Program-made: the position numbers and the translations under genes
Part shown: positions 47,644-57,042 of the stretch, one piece after another
Layout of the letters: each line of letters starts with the position of its first letter
Numbering within the stretch: position 1 is the stretch's first letter
The notes under the pieces: model-generated
Databases searched by the model: none
Told to the model about the DNA's origin: nothing
Seen by the model: the letters and a program-made list of their open reading frames with translations, nothing else
Assembly (NCBI GenBank): GCA_963677595.1
Contig: OY782041.1
Coordinates: 1,728,001-1,792,000 of the forward strand
DNA length: 64,000 bases
Direction: 5' to 3'
Origin: Spirochaetia bacterium
GTDB taxonomy: Bacteria; Spirochaetota; Spirochaetia; CAKZLE01

Positions 47644-49080
47644 ATGAGTGGACTGACCTGGATGCCCGGCTGGGAGCTGCTTGAGAGGATCAAGACGAAA
47701 GAGCTCTCCCCGGTCGAGGTAGTCAGACATTATCTTGAGCGGATAGAACGGCTGGAGCCTGATATCCACGCGTATATCACAGTAGATGGGGAGGGAGCCC
47801 TGAAACAGGCCAAGGCGGCAGAAGAGGCGGTCATGGGGGGAGCAGACCTCGGTCCGCTCCATGGGCTCCCGATTTCTATCAAGGACCTCTATAACACGAC
47901 AGGGCTGCGGACCACGATGGGTTCGGCCCTCTTCGAGCACTTCGTTCCTGACTATGATGAGATCCTCGTGGAACGGCTGAAGAAAGCCGGGGCTATCATC
48001 ATCGGAAAGACGCAGACCCCGGAGTTCGCGAGCTTCGACCGGACGGTCACCCCGTTCACGGAAGAGTGCATGAACCCCTGGGACCTCAAGCGCTCCTCGG
48101 GTCACTCGAGCGGCGGTGCCGGGGCTGCAGCCGCGGCAGGGATGACTCCCTGGGCCATTGGGAGTGACGGCGGCGGGTCGACGAGGAACCCCGCGGCCTA
48201 CAACGGGGTCGTCGGCTTCCAGCCGAGTGCGGGACGGATTCCAATGCGCAACCCCGTCAGCATGCCCTCGTCCTCAGCAGGACCGATGACCCTGCACGTG
48301 AGGGATGCCGCAGCCATCATCCAGGCGATCGCGGGCAAGGACCCCAGGGACCCGAGTGCCATCGAGGAGGCTTCCCCTGATTTCCTCGGGGAGCTTGACA
48401 AGGGTATCAGCGGGCTGAAGATCGCCTGGACGGGTGATTGGGGAGTCGTGCCGGAAGAGGATGCAGCTGTCACGGAGCTGGTACGCAGGGCAGTACTGAG
48501 ATTCTCTGAGGCAGGGGCGGCCGTGGAAGAGCCGTCGATCGTCATGCCCGATGAGGAGACGACCCATAAAGTCTTTACATTCATCGCCGCAATAGGCGGA
48601 GGCAGGTTGAGCATGTGGGAGAGCTTCACAGCTGAACAGCTCAAGCTGCTCACCCCGCGCAACCAGGCCATGATAGCGATGGCCAAGGATTTTAAACCGG
48701 ACGCAAAAGCAATGAGGGGAGCGCTGGAGTACCGCGCGATACTCCACCAGTGGATGTCAGGCTGGTTCTCCCAGTACGACCTCATCTGCACGCCGACCGC
48801 GGGACGTATCGCCCCGATCGTCCCCGAAGACAAGTATGCCTCGCCCTATGACGGGATCTACGCTGAACGTTCCGGAGTCAACCATCTCTACATCGCCAAC
48901 GCCCTCGGCCTGCCGGCGATCTCGGTTCCCTGCGGGTTCTCTGACGGCATGCCGGTAGGGATGCATATCGTAGGCCCCAGGTTCTCCGATACCCTCGTCA
49001 TGAGGGCGGCACAGGCATTCTCACAGATCCAGCCGTGGATGGATAGACATCCCGTAATCGCAGGAGGAATCAATGAATAG
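47644..49080 (+). CDS. Amidase signature family enzyme
   Basis: GLPISIKD, GKTQTPEF, GHSSGGAG, GSDGGGSTR.PA. Confidence 0.92.
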   Translation: MSGLTWMPGWELLERIKTKELSPVEVVRHYLERIERLEPDIHAYITVDGEGALKQAKAAEEAVMGGADLGPLHGLPISIKDLYNTTGLRTTMGSALFEHFVPDYDEILVERLKKAGAIIIGKTQTPEFASFDRTVTPFTEECMNPWDLKRSSGHSSGGAGAAAAAGMTPWAIGSDGGGSTRNPAAYNGVVGFQPSAGRIPMRNPVSMPSSSAGPMTLHVRDAAAIIQAIAGKDPRDPSAIEEASPDFLGELDKGISGLKIAWTGDWGVVPEEDAAVTELVRRAVLRFSEAGAAVEEPSIVMPDEETTHKVFTFIAAIGGGRLSMWESFTAEQLKLLTPRNQAMIAMAKDFKPDAKAMRGALEYRAILHQWMSGWFSQYDLICTPTAGRIAPIVPEDKYASPYDGIYAERSGVNHLYIANALGLPAISVPCGFSDGMPVGMHIVGPRFSDTLVMRAAQAFSQIQPWMDRHPVIAGGINE

Positions 49081-49792
49081 TGAAGTCATGGCAATAGCCA
49101 ACTCAGGGCTGGTATTCCTGCTTGCCCTTATACCCATCGTCCTGGTAGTCATCCAGGCATTCATCTTCCTTGGCAGTGCATGGAAGGAAGGACGCAAGAT
49201 CGGGATCAAACAGGGGACCCTCAGGAAAGTCGTGGTGAACTCGGTGCTGTTCTCCATCATCCCCTCACTGCCGATCATCCTGATCATGGCAGTGCTCATG
49301 CCTGCACTGGGGAAGTACATCCCCTGGCTCAGGCTTACCGTGCTCGGGTCGGCACCCTATGAGAACATGGCAGCGGACCTGGCAGTGAAGTCTTTCGGCC
49401 TCTTCGGGATCGCTGATCCCGGCATGACGCCGTCGATCTTCATCTCCGTGGTCTGGGTGATGACGCTCGGGGTCGTCTCCTACCCCTTCGTCAACGGGTT
49501 CTTCCTGAAGAAGTACGATGGGAAACTGGAGAAGGTGAAGAGTGGGGGAGGCTTCGCTGAGGTGGCCATGGGGACCTTGTTCCTGGGGGTCATGGCAGCT
49601 TACATGCCGCCGATGCTCATCGATTACCAGAACGTACCGGGCCTGGCAGCCGTTGCCGGGTCAGGCGTGCTCGTGATCCTGCTGGACAAGATAGCGAAGA
49701 AGACCGGGATCAGGTCGTTGGGAGAGTTCTCATTCCCCCTGGCCATGCTCTTCGGTATGGTCGTGTCCGTTATCGTCGCGAATATCATGTAG
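49073..49792 (+). CDS. DUF5058-like membrane protein
   Basis: PWLRLTVLGS.PYE motif; multiple TM helices. Confidence 0.7.
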   Translation: MNSEVMAIANSGLVFLLALIPIVLVVIQAFIFLGSAWKEGRKIGIKQGTLRKVVVNSVLFSIIPSLPIILIMAVLMPALGKYIPWLRLTVLGSAPYENMAADLAVKSFGLFGIADPGMTPSIFISVVWVMTLGVVSYPFVNGFFLKKYDGKLEKVKSGGGFAEVAMGTLFLGVMAAYMPPMLIDYQNVPGLAAVAGSGVLVILLDKIAKKTGIRSLGEFSFPLAMLFGMVVSVIVANIM

Positions 49793-49806
49793 GGAGGAGA
49801 TGCAGT

Positions 49807-50514
49807 ATGGAATACAAAACAGAAGATAAGAGCAGACCGGACAGCTACCATAACCGGGTACATCGTTTCGGGAGGATCTCCTCGATCACTATCGGGATCT
49901 CGTTCCTTATGGTGCCGCTGATGCTCTCCGTATTCACCGGTATACCGGTGAACTTCGCGAAGACCATCCAGGGGGTCATCGGCGTGCTGAGTCTGATGCT
50001 GGTACTGAACGTCGTGGAGTTCATCTCCTATACCCCGATCCTGGGTGCCAGTCTTTATCTGAGCCATATAACCGGTAACACCCTGAACATGAAGCTCCCT
50101 GCGGCGATCAGCAGCATGAAGCTTGCCGAGGTGGAGCCGGGAACCACGGAGGGGCAGATCGTCTCGATGGTGGCCATTGCCACCTCAGCGCTGACGACCA
50201 CCGTCATCCTCGTGATCGGCATGCTGGCAGTCAGCCAGCTCGTCCCCCTCATGCAGTCCCCGGTCCTGAAGCCCGGGTTCGATAACCTGATGTATGCGCT
50301 CATGGGAGCACTTGCCGTGCCGATGCTCTTCAAGGATGTGACCTCCATGAAGCGGGCATCCGTCCCGGCCGCACTGGCGATGGTCATAGCCCTGGTCATG
50401 GGGTACCAGACCTACGCCATGTACACGAGCATGATGCTCCCGCTCTTCATGGGGATCGCGGTCCTCTGGGCACGGGTCCTCTACAAGAGGGATGAGAAGA
50501 AAAAGAAGGTCTGA
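49807..50514 (+). CDS. Membrane protein, usual partner of DUF5058
   Basis: H.FGR, E.ISY.PILG...YLS..TGN..NMKLP motif. Confidence 0.7.
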   Translation: MEYKTEDKSRPDSYHNRVHRFGRISSITIGISFLMVPLMLSVFTGIPVNFAKTIQGVIGVLSLMLVLNVVEFISYTPILGASLYLSHITGNTLNMKLPAAISSMKLAEVEPGTTEGQIVSMVAIATSALTTTVILVIGMLAVSQLVPLMQSPVLKPGFDNLMYALMGALAVPMLFKDVTSMKRASVPAALAMVIALVMGYQTYAMYTSMMLPLFMGIAVLWARVLYKRDEKKKKV

Positions 50515-50536
50515 TCCAGGCCTCTGAATGTGTGTG

Positions 50537-50570
50537 CAGGCTGCCTTCCGACTCGTCGGGAGACAGCCTG
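50537..50570 (+). terminator. Hairpin after the amidase operon
   Basis: CAGGCTGCCTTCCGAC..GTCGGGAGACAGCCTG. Confidence 0.55.
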
Positions 50571-50702
50571 TCTTACGGTATGGGAGGAAACGGCCCCTGC
50601 CGGGATCACTACCTGATAAGAATGACTTGATTTATCACGGCTGACCGCGTATGGTTAGAACATGCCCTTGAAGCATCTTCGTATACCGGGGCATACTCAG
50701 GG

Positions 50703-53366
50703 TTGGTGATGAGCAGGATTCCGCATTCAGATATCAAGAAGATCGCCAGGAGGTCCCTCTTTGGGATCCCCGTCCTCATGATCGTCCTCTTCACCCATTT
50801 CTTGCTGGTAGACTCTGCCCAGCGGCACGCTGCCAGACGCATCGAGGTCATGGAGCGGAACGGGCTAGCTGTCACGTCAGGCTTGATGGACAGCACGTTC
50901 ACTGATTACTACAGCGCCTTGCAGATGGCCTTCAATGCCGATGAACTCAATGATTATATCGCGCAGCCGAGCAGTGAGAATACCCATCAGGCTGAGCAGC
51001 TGTTCTTCCGCATAACCGGCAACGTCCCATCGATCCTCCAGCTGCGGTTCCTGGGGATGGACGGCATGGAGCTCATCCGGGTCAACCGGGAGAGCGACGG
51101 GATCGTCGTCGTACCTGAAGGGGAACTGCAGGACAAGAGCGACCGGTATTACGTCCAGGAGGCGCTCAGCCTTCCTAAGGGTGCGGTCTTCATCTCGGAG
51201 CTGGATTACAACATCGAGAACGGGGAGGTCGTCTTCCCGTATGCACCGGAGATCCGGCTCGTGACCCCGGTATTCGCAGGGGAAGACCCTCTCGGGCTGC
51301 TGGTCATCAATTTCGACGCTACCGAATTCCTTGACTTCTTCTCCTCCTTCCTCTCATCCTTCCCCCATGCTTTAGGGTTCGGGTTGCTGGACAGCGAGGG
51401 AAGGTGGCTGATCAAGAATGACCAGGAGGATTACATCTTCCTGCTGGAGGGGAATGAACTTATCATGGATGACCTCCCCGGCTTTGCCGACCTGGCCTTC
51501 GATGCTGACTATGTGTTTGCGGAAGGGAAAGAGAACCAGTACCTGCTCACGAAAGTCGAGCTCCTACCGACCGTCAGCCAGGGGGTGGCGGGCCAGACCT
51601 GGTACCTGGCCGGGTATTATCCCCATGACCAGCTCGCAGGGATCGACCAGAACAGTTTCCTGCTCTACTCGAAGTGGCTCATCCTGGGCTATGTCCTGCT
51701 CTACCTGCTTTGGGTAGTGGAGGCTGCCCGGTCGAGGTTCCGTGAGAATGACCGGCAGATGATCCGTGTAACGACCCATATCGCTGAGTTCACCTATGAC
51801 GGGGTGATCATCACCGATCGCGACTACCGCATCATCTTCATCAACAGGGTCCTCGAGCAGTTGACTGGCTATAAGAGGGCGAATGTCATCGGGCAGCTCC
51901 CCACGATCTTCTCCGTGAGCAATGCGGTCCCAGCACGGACTGCGGAATACCAGCAGGAACGGTTCCTCCAGGATAACTACCTGTGGGATGTGGATGTCTC
52001 GGGGATGTTCTTCCTCTCCCGGCTCTTTATATCGACCGTCATGAACGGGACGAAGAGACAGATCGAGCACTACATCGGCCTCTACCGGCAGCCGGAGCTG
52101 CCCGAGATCTCCCTGGATGACCTGCTGCACGACAGGAAGCCCGAGATCTACCACTCAGTCGATATCATACCGGTCGAGGTCATCCGGGAGCGGCTCAAGG
52201 AGGGGCCGGTCTTCTGTGTCGCCCTGATGGTATGCGAGAAGGATGTGCTGCAGAGCTATGAACGGTTCAGGGACCTGACGACTGAGCACTTCTCTGATGC
52301 GGTGTCTCTCAGGTATTCGAGTGAGTTCCTCCTGCTCGTGTTCCCGGCTGACCGAAGGGAAGCGCTTCTGGAGGAGCTGGAGACACTTCTTGTGATCTGC
52401 AGTGACCCTGATACAGAATCTGAATGGAGGATGTATGCAGGATGTTCACTGAATTGCCAATCCCCGTATCAGGCAGAGGAAGCGCTGCAGCAGGCACGCC
52501 TGGCGCTGAACCTGGCAGACCGTTCCGGTACTGTGCTCTACCGGTACTCGAGGAGCAGGCATGGGGAACTCCTGCGGTCATCGGAACTGAAGCAGCAGCT
52601 CCCGGCGGCACTGGAGAGGGGAGAACTCTTCGTCCTGTTCCAGCCTCAGGTCCTCATTGAGGATGATACCGTCATCGGGGTAGAAGCCCTCCTTCGGTGG
52701 CAGCATCCTGAGATGGGGGCTATCCCGCCGGATGAGTTCATCCCCATACTCGAGGATGACCCAGAGCTGATGCTGCTGCTGGGGAAGTTCGTGATCGAAC
52801 AGTCGGTGCAGCTGATTGCAGAGCTGAAGGAGGCAGGAATAGACCCCAATACCTTCACGGTCTCTTTCAACCTCACTGCCGATGACCTGCTCGACCCGGG
52901 GATCACGGCATACATGAAGGACCAGCTCTCCCGCTATGGTGTCCCCGCATCGGTCCTGACGGTGGAGGTGACCGAGCGGACTCTCATGGCAGAACTGGAG
53001 CAGATGAACACGATCTTTGCCGGCCTGCAGCAGGACGGGATCAGGATAGCGGTCGATGACTTCGGTACGGGATACTCCTCCCTCAACTACCTCAAGCACC
53101 TCAATATCAGCAAGATCAAGGTAGACCGGGCCTTCATCAAGGATTACCCCGACGGGGATGACGGTACCATCGTCACGGCCGTGACCTCCATGGCAGCGAC
53201 CCTCGGTATCGAGAGCATCGTGGAAGGGGTCGAGACAGAAGCCCAGCGGGAGTTCCTGAGAGGTGTCGGCTGCCCGGAATACCAGGGCTTCCTCTTCTCG
53301 AAGCCGGTACCAAAGGAGGTGATCATGAAGATGCTTGTCCCGGGAGGGAGGAATACCGACTCGTAA
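50703..53366 (+). CDS. Cache-PAS-degenerate GGDEF-EAL c-di-GMP phosphodiesterase
   Basis: LQDKSDRYY Cache motif, PAS, FQPQ, EALLRW, EVTE, DDFGTGYSSL, EGVET; start uncertain. Confidence 0.88.
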   Translation: MVMSRIPHSDIKKIARRSLFGIPVLMIVLFTHFLLVDSAQRHAARRIEVMERNGLAVTSGLMDSTFTDYYSALQMAFNADELNDYIAQPSSENTHQAEQLFFRITGNVPSILQLRFLGMDGMELIRVNRESDGIVVVPEGELQDKSDRYYVQEALSLPKGAVFISELDYNIENGEVVFPYAPEIRLVTPVFAGEDPLGLLVINFDATEFLDFFSSFLSSFPHALGFGLLDSEGRWLIKNDQEDYIFLLEGNELIMDDLPGFADLAFDADYVFAEGKENQYLLTKVELLPTVSQGVAGQTWYLAGYYPHDQLAGIDQNSFLLYSKWLILGYVLLYLLWVVEAARSRFRENDRQMIRVTTHIAEFTYDGVIITDRDYRIIFINRVLEQLTGYKRANVIGQLPTIFSVSNAVPARTAEYQQERFLQDNYLWDVDVSGMFFLSRLFISTVMNGTKRQIEHYIGLYRQPELPEISLDDLLHDRKPEIYHSVDIIPVEVIRERLKEGPVFCVALMVCEKDVLQSYERFRDLTTEHFSDAVSLRYSSEFLLLVFPADRREALLEELETLLVICSDPDTESEWRMYAGCSLNCQSPYQAEEALQQARLALNLADRSGTVLYRYSRSRHGELLRSSELKQQLPAALERGELFVLFQPQVLIEDDTVIGVEALLRWQHPEMGAIPPDEFIPILEDDPELMLLLGKFVIEQSVQLIAELKEAGIDPNTFTVSFNLTADDLLDPGITAYMKDQLSRYGVPASVLTVEVTERTLMAELEQMNTIFAGLQQDGIRIAVDDFGTGYSSLNYLKHLNISKIKVDRAFIKDYPDGDDGTIVTAVTSMAATLGIESIVEGVETEAQREFLRGVGCPEYQGFLFSKPVPKEVIMKMLVPGGRNTDS

Positions 53367-53470
53367 TGTGCCAAAGGGACACTTCCCGGCTTGAACCGGG
53401 TTTTTCCGTTCGATTATAATCAGGTGTTCTCCATGATCCACAGGGGAGCACGTATAGAGAGGATGAAAGT

Positions 53471-54403
53471 ATGAATAAGAAAGTCGAAGGGATCGTGCCG
53501 GTCATGATCACCCCGTTCACCGAAGATAACAGGATAGACTATGCCAGCCTCGAGCGGCTGGTCGAGTGGTATATCGCGAAGGGCTCGGATGCCCTGTTCG
53601 CCGTCTGCCAGTCAAGCGAGATGCAGTTCCTCTCCCTGGAGGAACGCTCCAGCCTGGCCAAGGCTGTGGTGGAGATCGTAGACGGCCGTATCCCGGTCGT
53701 TGCCAGCGGCCACATCAGCGATGACCCCTATGACCAGATCAGGGAGTTGACCGCAGCGGCCGAGTCTGGGGCTGACGGGGTCGTGCTCGTCTCCAACCAC
53801 CTCGACCCCCATCACCGGGGGACCGGGACCTTCCTGGGGAACCTTGCGTGGCTGCTGGAGAAGCTCCCGAAGGATATCCCGCTGGGCATGTACGAGTGTC
53901 CCGCCCCCTACCGGCGGCTCATCTCGGATGAGGAGCTGCAGTTCATGGCCGATACCGGGCGGTTCATCTTCATCAAGGATGTCTCCTGTGACCTCGAGAC
54001 TATCAAGAGACGGGTTGCGATCACGAAGGAATCCGGGATGGCGATCCTCAATGCCAATGCGGCGATCGCCTGGGATGCCATGAAGGCAGGGTCCCGCGGG
54101 TTCAACGGCGTGCTGACCAACTTCCACCCCGACCTCTACAAGTGGCTCTACACGAAGTGGCAGGCCTACCCGGAGGTCGCGGATGAGCTCGCCTCCTTCC
54201 TCGTGCTTGCCGCCTGCACGGAAGCGTTCGGCTACCCCGTGCTGGCCAAGATGTACCATAAGAGGATCGGGAACTTCGAGACGATCAAGTCACGAACGAT
54301 CACCTATGACGTGCATGAGAAGGTCTGGGCGATCGAGCCCCTGCTGGATCATCTCATCAAGGGAGCAGAGACCTGGAGAGAGAGAATAGGGGAACTGGCG
54401 TAA
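53471..54403 (+). CDS. Dihydrodipicolinate synthase/NAL-family aldolase
   Basis: GIVPVMITPF, CQSSEM, YECP, IKD. Confidence 0.88.
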   Translation: MNKKVEGIVPVMITPFTEDNRIDYASLERLVEWYIAKGSDALFAVCQSSEMQFLSLEERSSLAKAVVEIVDGRIPVVASGHISDDPYDQIRELTAAAESGADGVVLVSNHLDPHHRGTGTFLGNLAWLLEKLPKDIPLGMYECPAPYRRLISDEELQFMADTGRFIFIKDVSCDLETIKRRVAITKESGMAILNANAAIAWDAMKAGSRGFNGVLTNFHPDLYKWLYTKWQAYPEVADELASFLVLAACTEAFGYPVLAKMYHKRIGNFETIKSRTITYDVHEKVWAIEPLLDHLIKGAETWRERIGELA

Positions 54404-54413
54404 GAAGACCGAA

Positions 54414-54758
54414 TCACTTCTTCTTTCCCTTCTTCTTGGCTTTCTTTGTATCTGCAGCCTTCCCTTTCTTCTTTGCCTTCTTGGGGGCTTTAGGCTTCAC
54501 ATCCGCTTTCTTCTTCTTTTTCTTTACAGGTGTTTTCGTTACCTGGGCAGCCGGTGCTGGAGCCTTTGGTTCACTGGATTCAGTGATCTCAGGCTCCTCA
54601 GGCTGGACGGGTGCCGGCTCAGCTTCCGGTTCCTCATATCTCTTCAGGACGACCACCGGCACGCCGGCCCGTTTGATAAGGACCTCCTCTCCCTGCTCCG
54701 CAGCCCGGATCAGGGCACTGAGCTTTGCCCTTGTTTCGGTCAATGTCTCTACAACCAT
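54414..54758 (-). CDS. Phd/YefM-like domain fused to an acidic linker and Lys/Ala-rich histone H1-like tail
   Basis: TETRAKLSALIRAAEQGEEVLIKRAGVPVVVL; GGGGAG RBS; tail ...KKAKKKGKKK. Confidence 0.75.
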   Translation of the reverse strand: MVVETLTETRAKLSALIRAAEQGEEVLIKRAGVPVVVLKRYEEPEAEPAPVQPEEPEITESSEPKAPAPAAQVTKTPVKKKKKKADVKPKAPKKAKKKGKAADTKKAKKKGKKK

Positions 54759-54874
54759 GGCAGATCTCCCCGTATGAATGGTATTTTCAATGAGAATTGA
54801 ATCTATTCATGATTCTATTCTAGTGTTAAATGTCTGCGAGATATATGAAAAACTGGTTAAAAACCGGGATCTAC

Positions 54875-55357
54875 CTAGTGACCCTCTCCCCTGATCATCA
54901 GGGGGGCATGTTTCAGGACCGGGATGAGGAGTCTTGCTCCAAGCCGTACGGCCTTCACCGATCCGGGAAGGTTTATGAGGACCGTTGTACCACGTAACCC
55001 GGCATAGCCCCGGCTCAGCATGGCCATCGGGGTCTCCTTGCAGGATTCCGATCGTATATGTTCCGCAATCCCGGGAAGCTCCTTCTCGCACCACTCCCTG
55101 CTGATATCGGGGGTGATGTCCCTCGGGCCGATGCCGGTCCCCCCGGTCGTGATCACGGCATCGGAAGGTTCATCGCCCCCGATGGCCGCATCGAGCTCGG
55201 CGATGATGCGATCAGCCTCATCTGGGACGACGGCATACGCGATCTCGAGGCCTTCCGGTATCCCCTCCCGCAGGATCCTGATGATCTCGGGGCCTGAGAG
55301 GTCCTCATACTCCCCCCGGGAAGCCCGGTCAGATATGGTAATGACAGTGACTTTCAC
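54875..55357 (-). CDS. mog: MogA/MoaB molybdopterin adenylyltransferase
   Basis: TISDR, TTGGTG..PRD.TP, NLPGS. Confidence 0.9.
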   Translation of the reverse strand: MKVTVITISDRASRGEYEDLSGPEIIRILREGIPEGLEIAYAVVPDEADRIIAELDAAIGGDEPSDAVITTGGTGIGPRDITPDISREWCEKELPGIAEHIRSESCKETPMAMLSRGYAGLRGTTVLINLPGSVKAVRLGARLLIPVLKHAPLMIRGEGH

Positions 55358-55775
55358 GATCTATCCTCCCTCCTGTGATGACTTTGGCGAAGATACCCCT
55401 CCTGGGCATGACGCAGTCCCCGACTGCCTGGTAGATGGCGCAGCCGTGGTGACACTCCTTGCCGATCTGGGTCACCTCGAGCTCTGCCTCCCCAAGGAAC
55501 AGGCGCGACCCGATCGGCAGGGAACTCAGGTCGATCCCCTTCGTGGTGATGTTCTCGGCAAAGTCGCCGGGTACGAGCTCGATGCCTTTCCCCCGCATGG
55601 ACTCGACATCCTCATCGGCAAGGAGGGAGACCTGGCGGTGCCACTTCCCGGCATGGGCATCCCCTTCGATACCCCATTCCGCTATCAGGACGGCATGGTC
55701 TACCGGGACCTTCTGCTCACCCTTCTGTTCTGAGATGTTGAGCGAGATGATCGAGAAATTGTTTTCTTCATCCAT
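55329..55775 (-). CDS. MOSC-domain protein
   Basis: GDAHAG.WHRQVS, GDFAEN, QIGKECH..C, CVMP. Confidence 0.9.
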   Translation of the reverse strand: MDEENNFSIISLNISEQKGEQKVPVDHAVLIAEWGIEGDAHAGKWHRQVSLLADEDVESMRGKGIELVPGDFAENITTKGIDLSSLPIGSRLFLGEAELEVTQIGKECHHGCAIYQAVGDCVMPRRGIFAKVITGGRIDRESHCHYHI

Positions 55776-55779
55776 GGGA

Positions 55780-56238
55780 TCAGGACTCCTCTATCGGCGT
55801 CTTCGTCTTCTCAAGGAGTTTGATCTCCCCGATCGACATCTGCTTGTCCACGGCCTTGCACATATCATAGATACCGAGGGCTGCCCCGCAGACGGCACTC
55901 AATGCCTCCATCTCCACACCGGTCCTGCCGGCACAGATGGCAGTGGCCTGTATCTGAATATGGTCATCGGCGACCTGGAACTCCACATCCACCTGGTCGA
56001 GTATGACCGTATGGCAGAGGGGGATGGTATGGCCGGTCTGCTTCGCTGCCGTGATGCCGGCGATCTTCGCAACGGTGAGGACATCCCCCTTGGGCATGCG
56101 TTCATCCCTGATCGCCTCGATGGTCGCTGGGGCGAGCCAGATCTTCCCTGCTGCCACGGCGGTCCTCTTGACTATTGGTTTTGCAGCCACATTCACCATG
56201 CGTGCATGTCCGTCTTCGTCCAGATGTGAAAATTCCAC
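55780..56238 (-). CDS. moaC: Cyclic pyranopterin monophosphate synthase
   Basis: IPLCH, TGVEMEAL, YDMCKAVD. Confidence 0.95.
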   Translation of the reverse strand: MEFSHLDEDGHARMVNVAAKPIVKRTAVAAGKIWLAPATIEAIRDERMPKGDVLTVAKIAGITAAKQTGHTIPLCHTVILDQVDVEFQVADDHIQIQATAICAGRTGVEMEALSAVCGAALGIYDMCKAVDKQMSIGEIKLLEKTKTPIEES

Positions 56239-56241
56239 TGG

Positions 56242-57042
56242 TCACCCTCCTATCTTGTTCATCGGCCGGGTCGTGTGACTGAACCCGTTCACCGGTTTTG
56301 ACCTGACTGCTGCCATCAGGGATCCCTCGATGTCATCCATGTCGACCTTGAGCTCCTCGTCCGAGTGGAGGCAGGATTTCAGGTAGCCGTCAGCGGTCAG
56401 CCTGATGCGGTTACAGGCCCCGCAGGCCGGCGGCCGCTCATACTGCATCTCGTCACTCTTCGACTCCAGAAGTGAATACTGCCTGATCCGCTGCAGCAGC
56501 AGGCCGTTTGCCCGGCAGAACTCACCCATGGCCTCGAGCTCCCCGCCTGCGGTCTCCTTCCCGACCACCATATTGATCTTGATCCGGTCGAACCCTGCCT
56601 TCTTTGCAGCCTGGACCCCCTCCAGGGCGTCTTCAAGCTTACCGCAGCGGGTTATCTTCGCATAGAGTGCGGGGTCTAACGTATCGAGTGAGATGTTCAG
56701 GGAATCGAGCCCTGCCTCCTTGAGCCCTGCTGCATACCTGGGGAGGAGTATCCCGTTCGTGGTCATGCCGAGGGTCTCGACTTCCCTGATACCTTTCAGC
56801 ATACGAACGAGCTCCGTGATCCCTCGCCTGACGAGGGGCTCCCCCCCGGTCAGCCGGAACTTCCTGAACCCGAGCCCGGTCGCTGCCCGGACGATGGCCG
56901 TGATCTCCTCGAAGCTCAGGAGGTCGGCATGGTCGAGGACGGGTACGCCCTCAGGCGGCATGCAGTAGGTGCAGCGAAGATTGCACTTGTCCGTGACTGA
57001 TATGCGGAGATACATGATCTCCCGGTTAAATGAGTCGCGCAT
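56242..57042 (-). CDS. moaA: GTP 3',8-cyclase
   Basis: CNLRCTYC, C..CNRIR...C, C-terminal IGG. Confidence 0.93.
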   Translation of the reverse strand: MRDSFNREIMYLRISVTDKCNLRCTYCMPPEGVPVLDHADLLSFEEITAIVRAATGLGFRKFRLTGGEPLVRRGITELVRMLKGIREVETLGMTTNGILLPRYAAGLKEAGLDSLNISLDTLDPALYAKITRCGKLEDALEGVQAAKKAGFDRIKINMVVGKETAGGELEAMGEFCRANGLLLQRIRQYSLLESKSDEMQYERPPACGACNRIRLTADGYLKSCLHSDEELKVDMDDIEGSLMAAVRSKPVNGFSHTTRPMNKIGG

